From the sequence record NC_055708.1: 64,000 nt of DNA, one strand, 5' to 3'. Positions 9,890 to 18,740 of this stretch are shown here, in pieces. How positions within the stretch are numbered: position 1 is the stretch's first letter; the number at the start of each line of letters is the position of its first letter. The DNA comes from Enterobacteria phage ATK47. Made by a program: the position numbers and the translations under genes. Below the pieces are notes generated by a model that saw only the letters and a program-made list of their open reading frames with translations, did no database searches and was not told where the DNA came from.

Positions 9890-10090
9890 ATGACTACTTT
9901 GAATAAACGTTTCGGTAAAGCTAAACCTGGTTGTGCAGCAGAACGTCGTTATGTTTTCGCTCAGTTAGAAGATGTAGAGTATCAGATTAATCAAGTTCAC
10001 ATTACTGGTATCGAGCCTATGTGTGGCCTTGAAGCTCTTCGTGAAGTTCGTGATGGGTATCGTCGTGACATCGAAGAAATGTCAAAATAA
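9890..10090 (+). CDS. hypothetical protein
   Basis: 66 aa ORF from ATG at 9890. Confidence 0.45.
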   Translation: MTTLNKRFGKAKPGCAAERRYVFAQLEDVEYQINQVHITGIEPMCGLEALREVRDGYRRDIEEMSK

Positions 10091-10130
10091 GTGTACAAAC
10101 TGATAGGACTATGTTATAGTAGTCCTATTA
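10091..10130 (+). promoter_or_regulatory. early promoter with palindrome ataggacta/tagtcctat
   Basis: GTGTACA, TATAGT, 9 bp inverted repeat. Confidence 0.5.
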
Positions 10131-10148
10131 AAACATGAGGAGAATATT

Positions 10149-10454
10149 ATGAAATTAGGCGAAACCAACCGAATTGGTCTTTTAACAATATTTGTATCAC
10201 TTTTTTACGCAGCTCTTTCTGTTGCAGTATTACAAAAGGCTTACAGTATGGATGGTGTTCCTGGTTTTGTATTCTTATCGCCGTTTTTGCTATTCGTTGG
10301 AGCATTGTTATTATATGCCACGACTAGTTTCGACCATAACGTCTGGGTCAATTATAAATGTAAATTGTCTGAAGAAGAACACGCAGAAGCTCGTAAAAAA
10401 GCTATTGAATCTACCAATCTAGAAAATTTCATTAAAGAATGTCGAGGAAAATAA
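10149..10454 (+). CDS. membrane protein, C-terminal NFIKECR motif family
   Basis: two TM segments; C-terminus LENFIKECRGK. Confidence 0.5.
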   Translation: MKLGETNRIGLLTIFVSLFYAALSVAVLQKAYSMDGVPGFVFLSPFLLFVGALLLYATTSFDHNVWVNYKCKLSEEEHAEARKKAIESTNLENFIKECRGK

Positions 10455-10455
10455 T

Positions 10456-11142
10456 ATGAATAGTTCTAAAGTGTTTAATAGTCAAGCTCGTGCAGTAGGT
10501 GGTTTTGCTCATGCGATTAAAAATGACCAGATTAAAAACGAGCCTATGTTCTTTAATTGCGATTTGAATTTTGCTTTTGATAACGGCGGTCCAATTACTC
10601 GTAGCTTTATCCAAAATCTCCCTGACGATTGGAAAGACTCGGATGTAGTATTTGATTCACGAGTCCATATGCTGATGCCTGGTTGGTATCCTGCTATTCC
10701 TGGTTATCACCATGATGACGTACCACGCCCGGATATTCCGGTTGGTCAACATTTTATTACTGCAGGACAACCTGACTATGACAATCCTCGCTATTTGTCT
10801 GAACATATTCTTGGTCTTGTTAACGCTGATGTGTGTCCTACTCATTTTGCAACAGGAACTGCAGAGTTCAGTCAGATTCCTGATGGCGAACTTATCTATC
10901 GCCAGTGTCACAAAGAAGTCCTCGAAAAAATTGAAAAAGGTGAACTAGAGAAATGGGAAGCTCCAGATCGTACTCTTCTTCAGTTTGATTGGCAAACATG
11001 GCACACTGGTTCTCGTGCAATTAGTAATGGATGGCGTTGGTTCGGACGTGTATCTCGTAATACAGACCGAGTTAAAAAGATTACCAATGAAATTCGTGTC
11101 AATGCTCAAGTTTATCTGGAATTCCCTATGGAAGGCTGGTAA
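10456..11142 (+). CDS. hypothetical protein (228 aa)
   Basis: ORF with SD GAGGAAAA. Confidence 0.5.
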   Translation: MNSSKVFNSQARAVGGFAHAIKNDQIKNEPMFFNCDLNFAFDNGGPITRSFIQNLPDDWKDSDVVFDSRVHMLMPGWYPAIPGYHHDDVPRPDIPVGQHFITAGQPDYDNPRYLSEHILGLVNADVCPTHFATGTAEFSQIPDGELIYRQCHKEVLEKIEKGELEKWEAPDRTLLQFDWQTWHTGSRAISNGWRWFGRVSRNTDRVKKITNEIRVNAQVYLEFPMEGW

Positions 11143-11633
11143 TGATTAACAAAACATATTGGTCTAATATAGACGATGGCAACGAAGGTATTTCGTACTA
11201 TTCAGTGGATTGGACAGGATGTCCATCCTACTTAGTGAAACGTATTTGCCAAGAATTTAAAATCGACCAGCCAGCAGGTATTATCGTGAACAGATACATT
11301 AATGGATATCAACCTATCGATGAAGTAATACGAACAACTCAAGCTGAGCTTGAAAAGTTTTTCAATAAGTGCCAATGGATAACAGGATGGATTATATTTG
11401 TACCGTCGGTATGGTTTTTCAGTACTAAGGTGAGTTCTTTCGGATTTGTTGATATTATTGCTATCTTATTAGCATCTAGTATCGTAAGTGTTGTTGGTGG
11501 CATCATTGGCGGCGGTACCGCCGCCATCATTATTAATCTTATTAAAAGTAGTTTACAAGAACATAAAGACAAGATAAAAGCCAAGAATAATGAAGTTGAA
11601 CGTTTTATTACCGAATGCAGGAATTTGAGATGA
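11142..11633 (+). CDS. membrane protein, C-terminal RFITECR motif family
   Basis: hydrophobic C-terminal half; motif VERFITECRNLR. Confidence 0.5.
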   Translation: MINKTYWSNIDDGNEGISYYSVDWTGCPSYLVKRICQEFKIDQPAGIIVNRYINGYQPIDEVIRTTQAELEKFFNKCQWITGWIIFVPSVWFFSTKVSSFGFVDIIAILLASSIVSVVGGIIGGGTAAIIINLIKSSLQEHKDKIKAKNNEVERFITECRNLR

Positions 11634-11866
11634 GTATAGCAATTTACATTAAATCAGAATCATGTGATAGTTATCTGTACACATATGATAAAGATGTGTC
11701 AGAAGAAAAAATCAAAGACGACCTTAATACGGACCTTGATATGTTCTGTCCTATTGCAGATTACAAACTTGCGGTCTCTAATAGTGAAAGTCCATCTAAA
11801 GAAACGCGCATTGAAGAATTTATGTCTGAATTAATGGCCAAATCATGGGACCGAGATGATGAGTAA
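11630..11866 (+). CDS. hypothetical acidic protein
   Basis: ORF from ATG at 11630 overlapping upstream stop. Confidence 0.4.
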   Translation: MSIAIYIKSESCDSYLYTYDKDVSEEKIKDDLNTDLDMFCPIADYKLAVSNSESPSKETRIEEFMSELMAKSWDRDDE

Positions 11867-12314
11867 GAAAAATAAAGTGAAAGAGCTATCAGCCGGTATT
11901 ATTTTCCTTACCGAAGATAAAGAGTTATTCATGGGGCGTGTAACTGGTTCTCGTCCTAAAGGTGCATTAACTCATCGGTGGGATATTCCTAAAGGCCGTG
12001 TCGAACCTGGCGAATCTCCTATTGAAGCCGCTATTCGTGAATGCGAAGAAGAAACTGGGTTTACACAATATGACCCTGCCTTCCTGAAAGACCTAGGTGA
12101 ACATCATTACTCAGACAATAAGAATATTCATCTGTTCCTATATACCATCCCTGTAGAGCACGAGCAATTCAGAAACAGTGTTTGTAATTCCTATCATACA
12201 TTCCAAGACGGACGACAGATTCCTGAATTTGATGCATTCGCTTTAATTAAACCTTCTCAATGGGAATATGTAATGGGCAAATCGTTATATAAGGTGCTCA
12301 CTACCCTCCTATAA
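11856..12314 (+). CDS. nudE: Nudix hydrolase (NudE, e.1-like)
   Basis: Nudix box GRVEPGESPIEAAIRECEEETG; sits directly upstream of e as in T4. Confidence 0.75.
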   Translation: MMSKKNKVKELSAGIIFLTEDKELFMGRVTGSRPKGALTHRWDIPKGRVEPGESPIEAAIRECEEETGFTQYDPAFLKDLGEHHYSDNKNIHLFLYTIPVEHEQFRNSVCNSYHTFQDGRQIPEFDAFALIKPSQWEYVMGKSLYKVLTTLL

Positions 12315-12315
12315 G

Positions 12316-12347
12316 TAATAAATACCTCCTATAAACGTGGGAGGTAT
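12316..12347 (+). promoter_or_regulatory. late-promoter-like AATAAATA plus hairpin sequestering the lysozyme SD
   Basis: tacctcc/ggaggta stem occludes GGAGG; matches the known T4 e regulatory layout. Confidence 0.4.
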
Positions 12348-12348
12348 T

Positions 12349-12837
12349 ATGAATATATTTGAAATGCTTCGTAATGACGAAGGTCTTAGACTGACTTTAT
12401 ACAAAGACACTGAAGGCTTTTGGACGATTGGCATAGGCCATTTAGTAACAAAGAACCCGTCTTTAGCCGTAGCTAAAGCTGAACTTGACAGAATGATCGG
12501 CCGTAAATGCAACGGTACAATTACCCTTGATGAGGCTGAAAAGCTATTTAATGAAGACGTTGATAAAGCTGTCCGCGGAATCTTGGGTAATGCTAAACTT
12601 AAACCGGTATATGATTCTTTAGATGCAGTTCGTCGGTGTGCATTGGTCAATATGGTCTTCCAAATGGGTGTAGCAGGAGTCGCCGGTTTTACTAATTCTC
12701 TTCGTATGCTTAAACAGAAACGTTGGGATGAAGCGGCAGTAAATCTAGCTCAATCTAAATGGTATCGTCAGACACCTAATCGCGCGAAACGCGTAATCTC
12801 AACATTTAAAACAGGAACTTGGAAAGCGTATATATGA
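12349..12837 (+). CDS. e: endolysin (T4 lysozyme e)
   Basis: [48 protein letters not shown]; near-identical to remembered T4 lysozyme. Confidence 0.9.
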   Translation: MNIFEMLRNDEGLRLTLYKDTEGFWTIGIGHLVTKNPSLAVAKAELDRMIGRKCNGTITLDEAEKLFNEDVDKAVRGILGNAKLKPVYDSLDAVRRCALVNMVFQMGVAGVAGFTNSLRMLKQKRWDEAAVNLAQSKWYRQTPNRAKRVISTFKTGTWKAYI

Positions 12838-13115
12838 AAACATATAGTGAATTTTTATCAGAATCTATTCTTAACGAAGCTACTGACACATTTGCAACTA
12901 AGCTAGGTGCAGCTTTGGTTGAAGCTGAAAGTCTATTAGCACGTATTTCTGAACTTGCTAGTAAGATAGATACTCGCAAATTTGAACGTACCAGCGATAT
13001 CGCTAAGCTTGAAGCCTTGTTGCGTATGTGCGATAAACCAGAAGAAATCGCTAAGAACGGCTCGCTGATGAAACAACGTCTTGAAAAATATATTTCAGGC
13101 GCTTCAGAAAAATAG
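12834..13115 (+). CDS. internal-protein-like ([11 protein letters not shown]-terminus)
   Basis: CTS-like N-terminus; at T4 ipIII/ipII position. Confidence 0.55.
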   Translation: MKTYSEFLSESILNEATDTFATKLGAALVEAESLLARISELASKIDTRKFERTSDIAKLEALLRMCDKPEEIAKNGSLMKQRLEKYISGASEK

Positions 13116-13116
13116 T

Positions 13117-13168
13117 GTTTACTTCCTCCAAGGGTTTTGATACTATACATTCATCAACTACTTGGAGG
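13117..13168 (+). promoter_or_regulatory. early promoter with palindrome ttcctccaag/cttggaggaa
   Basis: GTTTAC, TACTAT; 10 bp inverted repeat whose 3' arm carries the SD. Confidence 0.5.
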
Positions 13169-13587
13169 AAATTATGACTCGTATCAATTTAACACTTGTT
13201 TCTGAACTGTCCGACCAACATCTTATGGCTGAGTATCGTGAATTACCACGCGTATTTGGTGCAGTCCGTAAACATGTTCAAAACGGTAAACGTGTAAAGG
13301 ATTTTAAAATCTCTCCAACATTTATCTTAGGCACAGGTCACGTAACATTCTTTTACGACAAACTCGAATTTTTACGTTTACGTCAAATCGAGCTAATCGC
13401 TGAATGTTTGAAACGTGGTTTCAAAATCAAGGACACGACAGTCCAGGATATTTCCGACATCCCTGCCGAATTTCGTAATAATTATGTCCCGTCCGAAGCG
13501 TCCATTGCGATAAGTCAAGCACGCTTAGATGAAAAAATTGCTCAACGTCCGACTTGGTACAAATACTATGGTAAATCAATTTACTAA
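13162..13587 (+). CDS. denV: endonuclease V, pyrimidine-dimer DNA glycosylase (DenV)
   Basis: [35 protein letters not shown]; near-identical to remembered T4 DenV. Confidence 0.9.
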   Translation: MEEIMTRINLTLVSELSDQHLMAEYRELPRVFGAVRKHVQNGKRVKDFKISPTFILGTGHVTFFYDKLEFLRLRQIELIAECLKRGFKIKDTTVQDISDIPAEFRNNYVPSEASIAISQARLDEKIAQRPTWYKYYGKSIY

Positions 13588-13594
13588 GGAAAAA

Positions 13595-13924
13595 ATGAAA
13601 ACATATCAAGAGTTTATCACTGAAGTTACATTATCTGCGGAACAGAAAGCTGCTATCGAAGAAAGTAAAAATCCCAAAGTAACATATAAAGTAAATAGTA
13701 AAGGCGTTTTTGATGGCTTGGTTCAAGACCCTGAATTGAAAAAAGCTCTTTCTAAAACTAATGCGTACTTTGCTCCTAAATTTAACACAGCCGGTGTACT
13801 TATTGGATTGGATGTATTCAACTCTAAAGGTGTTCTATCTAATGCCTTTGGCTATGCCGCTAACAAAATTACCAAAGCCGCATGGGAATCCAATACCAAA
13901 CAAGCTCAAAAGCCTAGAGTATAA
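13595..13924 (+). CDS. internal-protein-like (MKTYQEFITE N-terminus)
   Basis: exact CTS-like start; SD AAGGAAAAA. Confidence 0.6.
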   Translation: MKTYQEFITEVTLSAEQKAAIEESKNPKVTYKVNSKGVFDGLVQDPELKKALSKTNAYFAPKFNTAGVLIGLDVFNSKGVLSNAFGYAANKITKAAWESNTKQAQKPRV

Positions 13925-14096
13925 TTCTTGTCTAATAAAGGGAAACGCAACCTCTCCTTATGAACGTCGAGTCCTCTGAGTGATGTACCTTTTCCAACCT
14001 GTAATAAGGTCGAGCGCAATGCGGTAATGGGTTTACATAGCGAGTCGAAGGACCTAACATGTGCCACGGAATGGCCCAAACCTTAAGAGAAATAAT

Positions 14097-14636
14097 ATGA
14101 GAACATTTTTAACTGGACCTTATCTATCCCTGATGAATGCTTTTACACACCATTCTGATGCTAGAGTAGAAGAAATTTGTAAGAACGGTTATATCCCACC
14201 ATTTGAAGACGTACTCAAGCAGTACTGTACACTTCGTTTAGACGGCGGCAGACAATCAGGTAAATCAATTGCTGTGACTAACTTTGCTGCTAATTGGCTG
14301 TACGATGGTGGAACAGTTATTATTCTTTCTAATACTTCAGCTTATGCTAAAATTTCTGCTGGCAACATTGAAAAAGAATTTTCTCGTTATTCTAGCGACA
14401 ATATTCGATTCCGTTTATTTACTGATTCTGTCCGTAGTTTTATTGGCAATGAAGGTTCTAAATTCCGTGGATTAACGCTTTCTCGTATTCTGTATATAAT
14501 TGACGAGCCTATTAAAGCTCCTGATATGGATAAGATTTACAATGTCCATATTAAAACAGTACAGTACTGCTGCAAAAGCAAATATTGCATCGGCGGTAAT
14601 TCTCGTCCTCAATTTTTTGTGATTGGAATGCAATGA
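14097..14636 (+). CDS. P-loop NTPase-like protein
   Basis: Walker A GGRQSGKS, Walker B-like IIDEP. Confidence 0.45.
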   Translation: MRTFLTGPYLSLMNAFTHHSDARVEEICKNGYIPPFEDVLKQYCTLRLDGGRQSGKSIAVTNFAANWLYDGGTVIILSNTSAYAKISAGNIEKEFSRYSSDNIRFRLFTDSVRSFIGNEGSKFRGLTLSRILYIIDEPIKAPDMDKIYNVHIKTVQYCCKSKYCIGGNSRPQFFVIGMQ

Positions 14637-14941
14637 TGACCACTATTGAAGTTTTTGAATATTGTTATAACAGCCCAGTATGCAATAAAAGGGCTCTTGT
14701 AGAAAATTATGAGATTTACCATTTTAAACCTAAACGATATCGTTTGACTAAAGGCCCGTTCGCAGGGCAGCAGGTTCTTTGTACTGCTCCTAATGCACGG
14801 TTGATGACTAGTATTCCGCATTTCAAAATGGAATTTATTGATGGGCCATTTAAGGGATTAATCACTCAAAGTTTAATGGCGTTTAATTCCGACCCATTTT
14901 TGATTAAAGAAAAATCTTGGATAAATTTATTTTCTAATTGA
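14633..14941 (+). CDS. hypothetical protein
   Basis: 102 aa ORF, ATGA overlap. Confidence 0.4.
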   Translation: MMTTIEVFEYCYNSPVCNKRALVENYEIYHFKPKRYRLTKGPFAGQQVLCTAPNARLMTSIPHFKMEFIDGPFKGLITQSLMAFNSDPFLIKEKSWINLFSN

Positions 14942-14947
14942 GGTTAT

Positions 14948-15310
14948 ATGAAAGCATATCAAATTCTTGAAGGTGAACATAAAGGCACTATTTATTTTGA
15001 AGACTGTACTCAAGCCCGGATTATTGTCTCTAAGACTTTTAAAGAAGACGCTATTGTAGATCCAGAAATTTTCTACGGTTTGAATGCTCGTGAAATTGAA
15101 ATTGAACATCAACCTAAAGTTAAAATTGAAGGTGGTCAACACCTGAACGTTAACGTTCTGCGTCGCGAAACTCTGGAAGATGCAGTTAAGCATCCAGAAA
15201 AATATCCGCAGCTGACCATCCGTGTATCCGGTTATGCAGTTCGCTTTAACTCTCTGACTCCGGAACAGCAGCGCGACGTTATCGCTCGTACCTTTACCGA
15301 GAGTCTATAA
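14948..15310 (+). CDS. grcA: autonomous glycyl-radical cofactor (GrcA/YfiD-like)
   Basis: C-terminus [59 protein letters not shown] matches enterobacterial GrcA glycyl-radical domain; host-like codon usage in 3' half. Confidence 0.8.
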   Translation: MKAYQILEGEHKGTIYFEDCTQARIIVSKTFKEDAIVDPEIFYGLNAREIEIEHQPKVKIEGGQHLNVNVLRRETLEDAVKHPEKYPQLTIRVSGYAVRFNSLTPEQQRDVIARTFTESL

Positions 15311-15534
15311 TGGCTAAATTGATTATAGAAGGGTCTGAAGATGTTTTAAAATGTTTTGCCGCCTGGTTTAGTTGCTCAGGCGAGCAATCATTCATTGAAG
15401 CATTTAGAATGGGTGATATTACTGGAAACTATCCGACAACTGATATCACTGTACGTGGATATGGTATTAATGAGCCTATCCAATTGGTCGAATATGACCT
15501 TGCCACAGATGAGGAAATTCCTTATGTCGATTGA
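15310..15534 (+). CDS. hypothetical protein
   Basis: 74 aa ORF, TAATG overlap. Confidence 0.4.
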   Translation: MAKLIIEGSEDVLKCFAAWFSCSGEQSFIEAFRMGDITGNYPTTDITVRGYGINEPIQLVEYDLATDEEIPYVD

Positions 15535-15790
15535 AGATATTAAAGGCTACAAGCCACATACCGACGATAAAATCAGTAAAGTGAACGCTATTAAAGATGC
15601 AGAAGTCCGTCTTGGATTGATGTTTGATGCTCTGATTGAAGAAGCATATATCTTAAAAGAAAATGAAACAGAGCAACAAACCAAAGAAGATATGGATGCA
15701 GTGCAGGCTCTTAAGTATGCTAAGCAACATCTAAAAGAAGCTAGTATGTGGGCTTGTCGTGCGGTATTTCAACCAGAGGAAAAATACTAA
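15524..15790 (+). CDS. hypothetical protein
   Basis: ORF from ATG at 15524. Confidence 0.4.
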   Translation: MSIEDIKGYKPHTDDKISKVNAIKDAEVRLGLMFDALIEEAYILKENETEQQTKEDMDAVQALKYAKQHLKEASMWACRAVFQPEEKY

Positions 15791-16089
15791 TGGCTCAAAT
15801 CCTATCAGGCTTTGGAACTCATTATGAAGCATCTCGACGCATAACTGAAAGCAATCCTTTTGGCCTTGTTCCGAAGCACAAGAAAATTCAAAGCCTTGAT
15901 GACTTTGAGAATCGCCTATGGGCCCTCTTTAATGAGTACAAGGCATATCTGAAAGAAGACGCTGACGATTGTCTTGAAGAAGATGAGATTGCGTATTACG
16001 AACAACGCCTTGAACAGCTCAAGAACTTCCACCAGGTTCGTGACGAAGTATCTAAAGCAGTTAAAAAGTTAATTCCTTTCAAAGAGTAG
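15789..16089 (+). CDS. hypothetical protein
   Basis: ORF from ATG at 15789. Confidence 0.4.
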
Positions 16090-16137
16090 TTTACTTCTCC
16101 TCTAGTTGTGTTACTATAGACCTGTCAACTAGAGGAG
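16089..16137 (+). promoter_or_regulatory. early promoter with 12 bp palindrome ctcctctagttg/caactagaggag
   Basis: GTTTAC, TACTAT; longest palindrome of the set. Confidence 0.55.
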
Positions 16138-16145
16138 AAATCAAA

Positions 16146-16604
16146 ATGACTATCAATTCAGACGTTTTTATCCGCCGCAATAAACTCCGTCGAATCTTTG
16201 AAACGGAGTTCCGCAAAATAAATGCCAGTATAAAAGATGCTGCAAAGTCTCTTGGACTACCAGGCTTTCATATCAAGTATTCTCAACATCTCTTAGATCG
16301 TGCCATCCAGAGAGAAATAGATGAGAATTACGTTTTTGAATTATTTCGTAAAGTAAAAAATCATGTTAAAGAAGTTGCAGAATTTTTATCAATGCCGGCA
16401 CGTCCAGATGTTGATGAAGATTTTGTCGAAGGTGTAGAATATCGCCCAGGCCGTTTAGAAATAACTGATGGAAATCTTTGGTTAGGACTTACAGTTTGTC
16501 GCGAAAATCCGGCATTCAAAATGAAGACTCTTCAATGCAGAATGGCTATTATTAACAATAAACGACTACCAGGAAAAGCTTCTAAAGCAGTGATTAAAAT
16601 CTAG
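16146..16604 (+). CDS. regB: RegB site-specific endoribonuclease
   Basis: MTINSDVFIRRNKLRR..KYSQHLLDRAIQREIDE..GVEYRPGRLEITDGNLWLG..RLPGKASKAVIK matches remembered T4 RegB. Confidence 0.85.
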   Translation: MTINSDVFIRRNKLRRIFETEFRKINASIKDAAKSLGLPGFHIKYSQHLLDRAIQREIDENYVFELFRKVKNHVKEVAEFLSMPARPDVDEDFVEGVEYRPGRLEITDGNLWLGLTVCRENPAFKMKTLQCRMAIINNKRLPGKASKAVIKI

Positions 16605-16612
16605 AGGTAAAC

Positions 16613-17155
16613 ATGAGAAAAGCACTACTCGCTGGTCTATTTGCTCTTTCATTATCAGCACATAGCTCCGAGCATACTTTTAGTAATGTCCAACTCGATA
16701 ACTTGAATTATGCTTATCAGTTTGGGGAACAGTTTTCTAAGGATGGAAAATTTAAAACGCATGAAAATATGCATAAGAAAGGACTTGGATACATAATGGC
16801 CGCAATACTATGGCAGGAATCATCTGCTGGTATTAATCTTAAAGATAAGAAAGGTCACCATGCGTATGGAATGTTCCAAAATTATCTACCAACAATGAGG
16901 GCAAGAATTAACCAGCTTGGTTATAATATGACTGATGCCCAAATTAAGAAAATGCTATCTAAGCGGTCTAATTCAACCAGATGGGCTTATATCGAATTTT
17001 CTTATTGGTTAAATATACATAATGGGGATATAAGAAAAGCTATATCCTCATACAATGCGGGATGGAAGACAAGTGCTGGAAGTAAATATGCTTCTGAAGT
17101 CCTAGAAAAGGCTAATTACCTTAAATCAAATAAACTACTGGAAATAAAAGAATGA
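16613..17155 (+). CDS. secreted lytic-transglycosylase-like protein (SLT-type motifs)
   Basis: signal peptide; QESSAG, GMFQ and SYNAG resemble family 1 lytic transglycosylase motifs. Confidence 0.5.
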   Translation: MRKALLAGLFALSLSAHSSEHTFSNVQLDNLNYAYQFGEQFSKDGKFKTHENMHKKGLGYIMAAILWQESSAGINLKDKKGHHAYGMFQNYLPTMRARINQLGYNMTDAQIKKMLSKRSNSTRWAYIEFSYWLNIHNGDIRKAISSYNAGWKTSAGSKYASEVLEKANYLKSNKLLEIKE

Positions 17156-17499
17156 CCAAAATGTTAGCTTTAATAGTTGGCTTGGTTTCATTTAACGCTC
17201 TTGCTAATACTACATATACTGATGTAACGGAGTATACAAACAGAACGGCGTCTGATTATTGTGGTAAAAGTCAAGAGTGTAAAGTAGATTTTTCACAAAA
17301 ATTGTTATATGCGTATAAAGACGGAGAAAAAGATGGGGCGTCTAGTAGGTTCAAGGCGTCTACCTTAATTAAAAGATACTATAAAAAATGGCAAATATTA
17401 GAATGCTCGGTGGCGGAACCTAAAGATAAGGCAGCATGCAATTCTATGGTGGACCGCCTAGTTGACTCTTATACTAGAGGACTTGCAGCAAGTGATTAA
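17152..17499 (+). CDS. secreted protein with signal peptide
   Basis: N-terminal MTKMLALIVGLVSFNALA. Confidence 0.45.
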   Translation: MTKMLALIVGLVSFNALANTTYTDVTEYTNRTASDYCGKSQECKVDFSQKLLYAYKDGEKDGASSRFKASTLIKRYYKKWQILECSVAEPKDKAACNSMVDRLVDSYTRGLAASD

Positions 17500-17959
17500 A
17501 AACTATATCAAGGGCGATATTGTCGCCCTGTTTTCTAAAGGTAATAATATTGCTCATGGGTGTAATTGTTTTCATACAATGGGCGCCGGTGTGGCAGGAC
17601 AATTAGCAAAGGCTTATCCAAAAATTCTGGAAGCCGATAAACTTCAAACCGAATTCGGAGACGAGTCTAAACTCGGGACTTATTCGGTTTATGAAAAATA
17701 TTTTAAGACCCATAAAGCTTATTGCTTTAATCTTTATACGCAGTTTGAGCCGGGACCTAATTTTGAGTACTCTGCTTTAATGAATTGTATAATAGAATTA
17801 AATGAATTTGGAAAGAATAAGATAACAAAGCCTGTAATTTATATGCCAAGAATTGGTGCAGGTATTGGTGGTGGAAACTGGGATGTCATCGAAGAGATTT
17901 TAGATACGTATTCCACTAAACTAGAAATTGTGATTGTTGATTGGGAACCGTTATTATGA
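17483..17959 (+). CDS. macro-domain protein (ADP-ribose binding/hydrolase fold)
   Basis: NIAHGCNCFHTMGAGVAGQL and RIGAGIGGGNWDVI resemble macro-domain glycine-rich loops; start approximate (non-ATG). Confidence 0.55.
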   Translation: MQQVIKNYIKGDIVALFSKGNNIAHGCNCFHTMGAGVAGQLAKAYPKILEADKLQTEFGDESKLGTYSVYEKYFKTHKAYCFNLYTQFEPGPNFEYSALMNCIIELNEFGKNKITKPVIYMPRIGAGIGGGNWDVIEEILDTYSTKLEIVIVDWEPLL

Positions 17960-18168
17960 ATATACATTATCCACATCCATATGATCCAAAGAATAAGGCA
18001 GTAATTATTCGTCAATGGGAACGCATTTGTCGTACTAAATGTCCAATTAATAGTCCACATGATGTAGATAAAGACTACATCGGAACATTCGTTGAATATA
18101 CCTTTATTGATAAGAAAGGCCGTAAACAACATGTAGAAGAATATTGCTTAAAGGTGACATGGCTATGA
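17956..18168 (+). CDS. hypothetical protein
   Basis: ORF from ATG at 17956. Confidence 0.4.
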   Translation: MNIHYPHPYDPKNKAVIIRQWERICRTKCPINSPHDVDKDYIGTFVEYTFIDKKGRKQHVEEYCLKVTWL

Positions 18169-18371
18169 GTCAAACAAAAATTCTTACAGGTGCTAAATGC
18201 GAAAAATGCGAATGGCCTGTAGTTTTTGCTTTATGCAATGACGAAATGGCTTGTGATTTTGATTATTGGTGTTACTGTTCGAACAAAGGTTGTAGCAATC
18301 ATAAAGGTGAAGGGTTTTACTCAGGATTTTACCCTTACCCAGATTTCGTTAAAGAAGGTGAACCTAAATGA
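18159..18371 (+). CDS. Cys-rich small protein (putative Zn-binding)
   Basis: CEKCEW...CNDEMACDFDYWCYCSNKGC. Confidence 0.45.
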   Translation: MAMSQTKILTGAKCEKCEWPVVFALCNDEMACDFDYWCYCSNKGCSNHKGEGFYSGFYPYPDFVKEGEPK

Positions 18372-18550
18372 AATTGACTAAAGAAGAGAAAACTAAACTG
18401 TTTGAACTTATCCATGACCTATTGGATGAGCAAGCAGCCACCAATGCGTATGATGAATATGCTCCTTTGACGGACGAAGAATATCAAGCATTGTTGGAAT
18501 CATTTGACAGGAAAGAACAAGAACTCATTGACTACGTGAATTCGTTATGA
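18368..18550 (+). CDS. hypothetical acidic protein
   Basis: 60 aa ORF, ATGA overlap. Confidence 0.4.
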   Translation: MKLTKEEKTKLFELIHDLLDEQAATNAYDEYAPLTDEEYQALLESFDRKEQELIDYVNSL

Positions 18551-18732
18551 TTACTCGCCAACAGAAAGAAGAAATAATTTATTTGTCTAATGAAATACGG
18601 TTAGCAGAACAAGCTTATGAATGGGAACATTCATCGTATTTCTCGTCTAAACTGGCAAAACAACTTGCAACACAAGAATTGGAAGATGCTCAAAAAGCAT
18701 TGGATGATTATTTAGAACGAATTACCGAATAA
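18547..18732 (+). CDS. hypothetical protein
   Basis: 61 aa ORF, ATGA overlap. Confidence 0.4.
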   Translation: MITRQQKEEIIYLSNEIRLAEQAYEWEHSSYFSSKLAKQLATQELEDAQKALDDYLERITE

Positions 18733-18740
18733 GGACTCTT

